Shown piece by piece: positions 54,156-64,000 of a DNA stretch of 64,000 nt; position 1 is the stretch's first letter; every line of letters begins with the position of its first letter. The stretch lies in assembly GCF_009914755.1 (NCBI RefSeq), contig NC_060944.1; one strand, written 5' to 3'. The stretch is from the human T2T-CHM13v2.0 reference genome, Homo sapiens. The notes beneath the pieces are model-generated. The model searched no databases and had not been told where the DNA came from. It saw nothing but the letters and a program-made list of their open reading frames with translations. The position numbers were made by a program, and so were the translations under genes.

Positions 54156-54571
54156 TCAGGCAGAATGTCTGTTTTCTCACTAAGTATGCACCACCTGAAA
54201 TACCAACACTTTTGAAATTCTCGGCTCACAGAAATACATGTGTCTCCAGGCAGAAAATGTTCTTTTTCCCTCTCAGAAAAGTCTCTCTCTAAAGCTTTTC
54301 ATCACCGGGCAACATAACTCCCCTCTCCCCAAGAAAGCACACACAAAATATGAAAAACACACGTTGGAAAAGAAGAAAACTCTGTGTGCATTCATAGGTG
54401 TGTGGTTATAAGCAAAAATGTCTCTCTGTGTGGATTTGTCTCCCTGTAAGCAGAAAAATACGTATGTGATTTTTCCAAGTGGGAACAAAATTCTTCTCTT
54501 TCTCTCACTGTCTTTCCCTCTCACTGTCTCCCCTCTCTCTCTCTCACACACACAGTACAGACACACACGCG

Positions 54572-54611
<40 letters not shown>

Positions 54612-55320
54612 TCTTCACCGGGCTCCCCTGCTAAGCAAATATGTCTCCCATTCTCTAGGGAAGTGTGTGTGCACCACTTGAAAAACACTATTTTGTAGCT
54701 TGCAGAAAATTATGTATACGTGTATGTTACAGGCAGAAAATGCCCTCCCTCTTTTTTTCTTTCTCTTCTTCTTTCTCTCTTTCCCTCTTGGAAACGTTTC
54801 CCCTGCCACAGCCAAGAAACACACACCACATTAGGAAAACATAAGTACCTGCTCACTCCCCAGGTAGCACATGTTACGGGTGTGTGCACACGGCCCTGCC
54901 TGTTGCTCTGTCTCTCCCCGCACACAGGAAAACACGTGCTTGTGTGTGCTTTCTCCAAGAAGAAAAATCAATCTTTCTCTCTCTCTGCCTCTGTCTCTCT
55001 CTCCCTCTGGTGGAAAAATCATAGTTTATTGCTTTTTCCCACCAGCAGAAATATCTCCTACCTTAACCCCTTACAGGGGCTGGGGACCTGCACGCACTCG
55101 CCCTGCAAATCTGAAAACCCGGCGCTCTCCCTCCTGCTCTTTAGAAAAAGGGGCATGGGTCACTGTCACCCATTTTCTTATCACGAGAAGAGAGTGCCTG
55201 TGTTATTCTCTCTTTAGCTAGGAGAGCTCTCTGTCTTTGTCACACGCACCCCCTTTCCATGTCTGAAAAGGGTGTTTGTGTCACTGTCTGGGCCCAATGT
55301 CACTGTCCATTTACTCTGCA
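49200..55320. repeat. Old degenerate tandem array of ~14-15 modular units (mean ~370 bp) with embedded (CA)n/(TG)n runs
   Basis: 49700-49990 aligns to 50450-50690; 50050-50140 to 50950-51045; 53381-53530 to 54160-54310; TCTCAGAAAAGTCTCTCTCT is exact at 50712, 53486 and 54271; a GCACCAC..GAAA anchor recurs about 14 times. Confidence 0.9.
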
Positions 55321-55479
55321 CCCTGGGCAGGCAGTGCCTTTCACTAGGAAAGAAGGAAGTTTCTCCCACTGCTCCGTCCCCAGGGTCCTCTCAGGGACCT
55401 TCCCCCTGTCCCCGCACCTAGTCCAGGTGGGAACCGGTCTCCCCTTGCAGGGAGGCGCTCTGTCTTCTCCCGGGCCTGG

Positions 55480-56100
55480 ATACACAGGTGTCGCAGCAGG
55501 AGTTCAATGTACCCCGTGACGCCCTCGCGGCCAGACGCCCCTGCCCAGAAAGAGGGGACCCTCCACTTCACTGAACCCAGCCCGTGCCAGGCCCCCGAGG
55601 ACACCGGGCCACAGTCTCCTAGGATGCTCCCAGGCCTGGAGCGGGGCAGGGTATCTCGGTGCCAGGCAAGTTGGTCCCCAACGAGCCACCCCAGCGGGGG
55701 TCCCTCCTCCAGTCCCCTGAATCCCTTGTCTCTGGGACCACGTCTCATCTAGGCTCAATCAGGGGCGATGACAACAACCATGACTTTGCCCCAGGAACCT
55801 GAGTGGGGGGCACGGGGCCCGAGGAAGAAGGGGCCAGCGGGCTGTTCCCCACGCTGCACCCCCACTCTGGCGCAGCGAAGTCTGCAGATCTCTGGACCCC
55901 GGCGCTGCCGAAGCCTCCCCCACGCGCCGCGCTCACTCGCTGCACAACAGCGCCACCACGAGGCCGCGGGCGGAACTGCCGGCAGCACAGCGGTCGCACC
56001 CCCCGGGCCCCCCGCCGGCTGTGCGGATCCCGAATCCCTGCTTGGCTCGGAGCTGCCAGGTCTAAGCCGACCCTCAGAGACGCACGCCCCTGACCCGCTG
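55480..56100. promoter_or_regulatory. CpG island, likely promoter
   Basis: About 32 CpGs counted in 55801-56100, high GC, GC/KLF boxes (cacgcccc, gggcgg); not Alu-derived. Confidence 0.8.
55948..55981 (-). promoter_or_regulatory. CTCF-like site with upstream motif
   Basis: Minus strand GGCAGTTCC-N8-CCTCGTGGTGGCGCTG versus consensus TGCAGTNCC-N8-CCASYAGRKGGCRS; three core mismatches. Confidence 0.5.
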
Positions 56101-56394
56101 GGCAGCTGTGGTGTCTTTGTATACAATGTTCCCTTCCTTTCTCCTCTTCTCGTAGATGTTCAGATTCCAAGGGACTTTTCCAGAAGCTTCCAGAAAACTT
56201 TCCTTTTAGGGGCCCAAGAGACCTTGATTTCAGGGACACAGTGAACCCCACTTAGGACCCCAAGAAAAGGGACTTGTCTCCAATCTCCTGTCCTAGAATG
56301 TGCAGACTTAGGGGGCTCTCCTGTACTCCTGGGTCCCGCACATCTGTCCAGCCCCGCCTCGTTCACCAGAGGCAGCAGAGACAGGCTGAGCACA

Positions 56395-56560
56395 CAGACG
56401 TGGGCTCAACTCTCTGCCCATCCACTCACTGTCTGGGGAACTTGAACAACTCACGTTGCCTTTCTGTGCCTCAGTTTCCCCATCTGGAACTGGTCTAAAA
56501 GAACACCCCCCGGTAGAGCTTCTGGGAAGATCACATGAAGTATGAAGCTTTGAGAGCTTT
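56395..56560 (+). mobile_element. MIR
   Basis: gtgggctcaactctctg...ctttctgtgcctcagtttccccatctggaactgg. Confidence 0.8.
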
Positions 56561-57159
56561 TGTACCCGACAGGCTCTCAGGAGGCAGCAGTCCAAACGGT
56601 GGAGGGATCATTATGACTAAGCAGGCACAGCTCCCAGCCGAGGGGGAGCTGGATCTCCCTGGCATCGACCACCCCAGGATGGTTATGGGATAAATACCTC
56701 TGCAGACGTTCAAGTGGAGAGGCTCAGGAGGATGCCGGGAATGTCTGCTGTTGCTGGGTGGGGAATTCAAATGATTTGTGTTCACTGTATCCCAGCTAAG
56801 AAGTTCTGGGCCGGGGCAATCTTTCTGATGCCCTCTTGTCTCCTGTTAACAAGGATTAGCTCAGCAGTATAGACAGGACCATAAAATATACCACCTTAGC
56901 CAGATCCTGGGGAGGCCACTAATGGAGCCACACTGGGCCAGGTCCACGGGGGCCTCTCAGTCACAGCTGGGAGGTGAGGCAAAGCCACCGTCGTCCTCAC
57001 CTGCCCATCCACCATCCCGGTGAGGTCAGTGCTCAAAACCTGTCTTTATCCCAGTCCGGTCTCACAGGGAGTATTTGTGCTGCTTTAAAGCCCTTCCCGG
57101 TGTCCTACTTACTTCTCCCTCTCAACCCGCCGGCTGAGATAGGCTAAAGAGAACATCGT

Positions 57160-57600
57160 TTCTTCAACAGATGTTTATTGAGGACCTGTTATATTTCGGG
57201 AGCCGTGCTGGCCGCTAGGGACACAGCCTGAACAAGATAGGTCCCTCTTCTCTCAGGGAACTGACATTCTGGTGGAGAGAGGACAAAAACCATGTATTAA
57301 TAAGTAAACAAGACAATTTCAGAAGACAAAGGCTGTGAATGAAGCAAAATAGGATAGACAGTAATTGGAGAGGGCTCCTTTACACAAGGGGCGGGGGGCG
57401 GGGATAAGAAGAAGGAGCTGGCTGAGTGCAGAACAGCAGGAAGGGTATTCCAGGCAGAGTGAATAGCAGGTTGAGGCCCGGGGTCAGGGGAGAATGAGCT
57501 CTGCCCGTTTGAGGAATGGCAGGAAGGGCCCTGGGGCAGGTGCGCAGTGGTCAGGGAAGCGGCCAGAGCTGGCTTGTGCTGGATGCAAAGAGAAGGTAAG
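57160..57600 (-). mobile_element. L2
   Basis: ttcaacagatgtttattgaggacctg...ggaactgacattctggtgg...gggtattccaggcagagtgaatagca. Confidence 0.85.
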
Positions 57601-60503
57601 GGATTGGAGTACTTAATAAATATTTGTCAAGTGAGTGAATGCATAATTTGATCTATCCATGTACAGTTGACCAGGTGGCGAAGGTTTGCCGAGTCAGCTT
57701 CTGTCCATTTTCTCTACTTAGTGGTGTCAGCTCTCAAAGACTTCTTGCTTCAGAGCCCCTCTCCGTGCTCCTGTGAGGGTGGGGATGAACCCTGAAAAGC
57801 CGTCTCCTTGTGGGCATTGCTGTTGTGTTCTCAGCATTCTTGCACGTTGACTTAAAGCTATTCAAACTCCTTATGAGCATCTGAGGGAGAGGAGCTGGAT
57901 CCACACTCTGGACTCTTGAATCCAACTTTGAAATAAAATATTTAAACAGCCCATCTCATGATATTCAGAACAATAGTCTGAAAAGTATTCTGCAATAGTC
58001 ATTGAAACAAAATGCCTAATTCCCAAATTACCAGTCTACAGAGTTCCCAAGGAAGAAGCGTGGATGTGAAACAGCTGCAGACTCCGTTGTTTCCTGGATG
58101 GCCCGAAACAGTTGTTCTCACTCAGTTTCACTTGAGAATCACTTTCAAGGAGGAGACTTTTTCAATTTGCCATAAATCTTACCATGTTTATTTTTAGAAG
58201 TTTCAGCTCCGTGATAATTTGCAAATGAGAAATGTTTAGAACCCATGTTGAACTGAACTTCCCCAAGAGGAGACTGGATTACATTAGATGAAATGGAAAT
58301 AGAAGTCAAATCTTGGGGAACACTGACGTCCTTGCCATGAAACCATCCATTGTGGATGTGCCCTCATTGTGGAACCTCACCTGCAATGTTTATGTGCTGG
58401 AAATAGAATTATATCAGCCATTCACACTTTAGTCTAAACATGAGGCACTTGTTCCTGCTCTCCATCATGAATCCATGTGAATCCTAAAAAATAAGATATC
58501 TTTTGTCCCAATTTCACAGTGGACCAATGGAGGAGCAGTGGATGTGTAGCCACCGAAGTCTCAAGATGGCTTTGGAGGTTCTGGGTGATGATGGGGGCTC
58601 CAGGGTTTCTAAGAATCTTTGAGAAGTCCACACTTGGGAGCTGGAAAGCCATCCAGAGCAAGGCAAGTGTTGATCCTCACAAACAAGAATTTCCCAAAGT
58701 TGCGAAAGAAGCCCTGCTGAGGAAGCAGGAGTACTAAGCTTGAGTCTTGGCTCCCGCTCTCCCTGTGTGACAACAGCCAAGCTCTAGGCCCATAGAGGAA
58801 AGAGTCTGAATCCCCAATCCAAACCTTTCACTTCTCAGCTAGGAAACGGGGGCTTACTGAAAGAGGGCACTGCCAGGTTGCCAGTGCAAAAGTTGTCCTT
58901 TCTGAGCCTCAGTGTAAACCCACAGGGGGTGTCTTCCTCACAGTCACGTGAGCAGGCCAAGCCTTCCTTCTGACTCCCAAGTCATCTGTGGACAGAGACA
59001 GCTGGAGAAACGGTTTCCTAGAGCACTAGCAAGCCTCTAGCTGGACATACCTCCATTGAGTTTCATCAGAAACGGGTAAACCTGGGTGCAGAGTTGCATA
59101 AACTTAGGCAGGTGCATCCAGATCCCAGAGCCTTATTCCTGGATGTAAGGTTTCTTGCGAGGTGTGGCTTCTCTGCTTGCTGCAATCCAAGGAGTGAAAA
59201 TGTATTTTGTATCTTCTCCTCAAGAAGAGAAGAAAATAACGAAAGAAGGAAAAACAATAAAAGAAGGGTAAAAAGAGGAGAGGCAAATTGAGCTACGTTG
59301 GGTTTATCTCAGTCATAAAATGAGGGATGACTTCCGTAAAGTTCATATTCTTTCTGCCTCTTGTCCAACTGTTTAAGCAATTATTGAGTGTCTCCTATGT
59401 TCTGGGGGCTATGCTGCAGCCTGAGGTTACAAAGAGTGGCAGGACCTGGCTGTGTCTTCAGTAAACCCCTACTTTCTACACTCAAGTTAGGGAGATAATG
59501 TCAAGGAGTTTAGCTTTTGCTTACTTGTTTCTTTTCTTTTTTTCTTTTTCCCTTTTCCATTTCCCTAGGCCTGTTTCTGTACCTTGCTCTTTCCTTCCTA
59601 GCTCTGCTCTCTCCATCCCTCTTTGACCACCACGTACAGTAATACTTTTATTCACTGAGTGTATTACGTTGAGTTTTATCTCACATGTCCTTTACTTTAG
59701 AAATGAATGACTCTGATTCATGGAACCTCTCTCCACACACAGGATTCATTTGCTTTTTTTGGCGTGTGGGACTCTGGATGGAAAAAATTTCTTGTCCTTG
59801 AATTCAGGAGCACTTCTATCATGCCTCCTATAATAAGATTGAAAGTTCTATTGGCCACATTTTTGGAGGACTGATTTTAGTCATAAACATATAGGTTCAG
59901 CAAGACACCCAGAAAAGTAGGATGTTTTTTTCAGGGCTCCTAGGCTAGTGCTCGGGTGAGAACACAAGTTGTTTAGATTCGGGGGCATTATGGTGCTCAA
60001 AGTTGACTTTAAATGAATGATAGAGTGACAGTAGCTTGCTGAAAGGTTTGGTGATTGGAAAAGGTCTTTCTAGCTTCACCTTTCTCAAGCAGTGTGAAAT
60101 ATGCATGGCAAGTCTTATTTTCTATTTAGGCAAATCCATCCCTTTGCTGTCGATAAGAACGAAACCAAAAAAGGTCACAATTTTTCACTGTCAACAAGAA
60201 ACAAAGAGCAAATGAATTAGGGCTGCAGCCTGGAAAACAGGAGCCAGGGTGGGAAAAACAAGAAAACGAGAGCTGGCCCTCATGTATTGCTTCCTGGTCC
60301 CCATGGGCCTATTGAGGACCCCCTGCCCTGCCCCCAGAGGTGAGGCCTTCTCATTTTTCATATCTTTGTGACCTTCAAGCATTGTTTCTTTGAAAGGAAG
60401 GGGGGCAAAGGAAGCAGGGATAAAATAGAAGATGGAGGCCCCCCACGAGAAGAGGAAAACCAGAATTGCACTCACCCAAGGAACCACAATCTGTATTTCT
60501 TGA

Positions 60504-60840
<337 letters not shown>

Positions 60841-61304
60841 TTGACACACATTTATAACAAACTGGAGTATTTTCCATGCTCCATGACGTGCTTAATAGGC
60901 ATCTTTAAAAATGGCGATGCAGGAAGTTCACTCACACAACAAACAACCCTATATTTTGCAGCTGAATTCTCCTCTGCGCTTCATCAGGCATAACTCACTG
61001 TGGGGGAGCACATTCAGATGGCAAGAAGAGATTTCCCAGACCCTGTTGACTGCTAGGTACCTGCTAGGTACATGCGGTCTAAGTCCTCATTAGCATGGGA
61101 AGTTTGGGAGCAACAGGCAGAACTTTCTCTGATCGTGCACACCGTGAGGAGGACCAAGCAGACATAGGAGGAAACAAGAAGTGGATGCATGGTCTCCTCA
61201 CCTTGGAAGCAACAAGCAACTCAGCCACATGATAAACCAGGAAGGAAAATGTCTGACTGATAATAGGTGACAGAATGAATCAAGGGAGGAAGGTCCCTTT
61301 GGGT

Positions 61305-61789
61305 CGGGGTCCCCAATCCCCGGGCCATTGACCTATACTGGTCCCTGATGTGTTAGGAACCAGGCTGCACAGCAGGAGGTGAGTGGCAGCGGAGCGGGTA
61401 TTACTGCCTGAGCTCTGCCTCCTGTCGGATCCGCAGTAGCATTAGATTCTCATAGGAGAACGAACCCTATTGTAAACTGCATAGGCGAGGGATCTAGGCT
61501 GCACACTCCTTATGAGAATCTAATGCCTGATGATCTGTCACTGTCTCCCATCATCCCCAGATGGGACCATCTAGTTGCAGGAAAACTAGCTCAGGGCTCC
61601 CACTGATTCTACATCATGGTGAGTTGGAGAATTATTTCATTATATATTACAATGTAATAATAATAGAAATAAAGTGCTCAATAAATATAATGCACTTGAA
61701 TCATCCAGAAAGCATCCCCCTCCACAGTCTGGGGAAAAAGTGTCTTTCATGAAACCAGTCCCTGGTGCCAAAAAGGTTGAGGACTGCTG
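61305..61789 (+). mobile_element. MER1A hAT-Charlie DNA transposon
   Basis: TIR-like ends cggggtcccc...ggactgctg; perfect 8-bp TSD ctttgggt at 61297-61304 and 61790-61797; internal attagattctcatagga / tccttatgagaatctaat. Confidence 0.93.
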
Positions 61790-62044
61790 CTTTGGGTTAT
61801 AAACCCCAAATGGCACCTGTATGAAACGATAGGGAGGTTTATATTATTAGTAATATTAATTTTTATTTCATAAACAGTTGCCATCGAGATATAGCCATTA
61901 TTAATTTTTTTAAAAAAAACTTGACATCTATTTTCAAGTTCTTTTAATGAGGTTACTGCAGAAAAAATGAGGAATAGACAGAGATGGGGTAAGGGGCAGA
62001 CAGAGGAGAGAGAGAGAGAGAGACACTTTGGAAAGTAGATTTAA

Positions 62045-62162
62045 GCTAGGTGATGGGTTGGTAGGTGCAGCAAACCACCATGTCACACGTTTACCTATGT
62101 AACAAACCTGCATGTCCTGCACTTATATCCTGGAACCTAAAATAAAATAAAATTTAAAAAAA
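62045..62162 (+). mobile_element. 5'-truncated L1PA 3' end with poly-A and TSD
   Basis: ggtgcagcaaaccaccatg.cacacgtttacctatgtaacaaacctgca...aaataaaataaaa; TSD gaaagtagatttaa / gaaagtagttttaa. Confidence 0.92.
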
Positions 62163-63704
62163 GAAAGTAGTTTTAAAAGGCAGCTGTTTGAGAGGCAATG
62201 AGAGTCTCTGTTGAGAGTGAGAAAAAATTGCCAAGAAATTCATGTTGGCTCAGCAAGTAAACTACCCCTGAAGAAGCTGATTAATGTTTAATTTCCACCC
62301 ACCCCAGTGTTCGGGCTCTGGGGACTGAAGGAGGCCACCCGAGATAAGCATGCAGGGCCCCCTCATGAGAGACCCACCATCTCCAGCTGTCACTCTATTA
62401 CCCCATTTCATGGATTCACTTTGAAATTACGATGGGAAGTTGATGCCTCGAAGTGTCTGCCTTTTGGACACCAACTTCCTCTTGTGTCTGGAGCCATCAG
62501 GTACACATTCACTGTTGCCCGGATCAAGGGCCTCTCCTTGGGCCCTGGCCCCAGGGCCAGAGCTGCACCAGCGCTCTCAGCTCCCCCAAGCCCCCTACGC
62601 CCACCTTCCACCGCATGGGAACACAGCCAGCATTGCCAGATCTTTTGACTTTTCCAGAGAAGCTGCAGATGACAAATTGTAGCTCCATCTGGGGCTTCAT
62701 AATTCAACTCCTAAGTTGCATTGCCAAAGGGTGGCAAATGCCACGGCCCTCTTCTGGAAGGGCCCACGTCTTTGCCCACAGACAGTATTTACCAAACATG
62801 CCGACGTAGCCTCCTAAGCAGATGTGAGGGCCGTCTGGCCCAGCCAGGTGTCTTCTCCCACCCTCTCCTCCCTTGCCGGCCTCCTCCTTCCCGTCCTTGT
62901 CGCCAGGCTGTAGCTGGCCTCAGGGGCCCCATCTCCAGTTGCCATTTCAGACCCTTTCCGTTGAGGGATTTCTGGGCCCGTTGAGGTATTTCTAGGCCCC
63001 GTTGCCTCCAACATTTCTTCTTCCAAGGCCATGTAGAGAATGGCTTGGTGTTTCTAATTAGGGGAGCATTTTGTTCCTGGGTTTTTGTTATTGCAGAAGG
63101 AATTTCCATTGCACTTAGAATGGCAGAGACTTTGCACAGTGTCATTGTGTGCCCTCGGGCGGAAGCCGGGCCTTGTTAAGGAGACGCCAGTGTTTCTGCA
63201 GTGCCATCACCAGGCCCAGAACAAGGGCGTCCTCAGCTTCCCAGAAGAGGCCAGTAAGTGTCAGGAAAGAACGTCCCTCCCCCTGAATGTGAACTAGCCG
63301 GAGAGAGAACAGGGCCGGTGGCGCACAGCCCCTGGCAGATCATCCGAAACCTGACGTCTGCTGAGGGGGAACAACTTTGCCCTGGGCACCTGGGAAAAAT
63401 GAGAGCATAGCCTGCCACCTGGCACTGTGACCATCAGACACGGTGGACACCGAGCAAAAATAAGGGTCCCGGGAACAGCTGGGGCTGTGCAACTCCACCA
63501 CCATCTGGAAGTAGCGAGCCATGGGCCCTGCGGAGTGGGAGGAGCAGCAGGGAGCTTTGGAGTCTCGTCCATCTTCTGAGCGAGGCCTCCTTTGCACTTC
63601 AATTCTGAGAACATTTTCTAAAAGCACCTCCCGTGCGAGGTACTGTTGTGAGGGTTTTGCGTGTATTCACCTATGGAATCCCCGTGAACACCTTTCCAGG
63701 TAGG

Positions 63705-63800
63705 GCAGGGGTGTCTGACGATGTCTAGAGACATCTTTGGTTGTCACAGCTGGAGGGAGTTGCTGGCCTCTGGGGACAGAGGTTGAGGATCCCTGAGGCA
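63705..63800 (+). mobile_element. MER20 fragment within an antisense MIR
   Basis: atgtctagagacatctttggttgtcacagctgg...gaggatccct; followed by cccattttacagatggaaagactga (MIR). Confidence 0.75.
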
Positions 63801-64000
63801 GATATTGGTATCATTAGCCCCATTTTACAGATGGAAAGACTGACAGAGAGAGATTCAGGGCCCCACTTAGGGGCACCCGGGACTCTCTGTGCAGGAACCT
63901 CTGCTTCTCCGTGGCCCACTGTGTGCCCCACTGACCTGGGTGCATCCCTGCCAGCCCCCACACTCATCTCTCCACCTGGGCAGAGACCATCCTGTTGAAT

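Noticed and set aside
49200-55320. snoRNA cluster interpretation of the array
   Set aside because: No recurring RTGATGA...CTGA C/D boxes or consistent H/ACA architecture was visible.
55768-56244. 158-aa ATG ORF across the CpG island
   Set aside because: GC-rich islands are stop-poor; overlapping ORFs exist in several frames and there is no recognisable homology. It cannot be fully excluded without ribosome profiling.
58500-58740. Possible exon after cttttgtcccaatttcacag
   Set aside because: The acceptor is plausible but there is no convincing donor or coding signal; unsupported without RNA data.

Overview
Primate (very probably human) non-coding genomic DNA with no credible protein-coding gene. 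The long ORFs in the track come from low-complexity tracts, Alus or GC-rich sequence. The window is a TE-rich intergenic or intronic landscape: AluJ/S/FLAM, many MIR and L2 relics, old L1M pieces, an L1PA tail, an L3/CR1 fragment, MaLR and ERVL LTRs, MER1A and MER20. It also carries a decayed ERV-L-class provirus with recognisable RT, RNase H and integrase on the minus strand (about 19.1-21.65 kb). Repeat-free, TAAT/ATTA-rich blocks between the TEs look like developmental enhancers. Three large repetitive blocks stand out: (1) a 1.1-kb near-pure pyrimidine tract; (2) a G-rich minisatellite whose young 59-bp higher-order unit carries two consensus 5' splice donors per copy; (3) most notably, a ~6-kb old, degenerate tandem array at about 49.2-55.3 kb. 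That array has about 14-15 modular units averaging ~370 bp, with (CA)n and (TG)n runs and at least 20 CAGGCAGAAAA-type motifs. It directly abuts a CpG island containing a CTCF-like site with the upstream motif. The array plus CpG island is my best candidate for an undescribed system, either a repeat-scaffold lncRNA or a structured regulatory domain. I cannot identify the locus by name, repeat subfamilies were called by eye, and boundaries are approximate.
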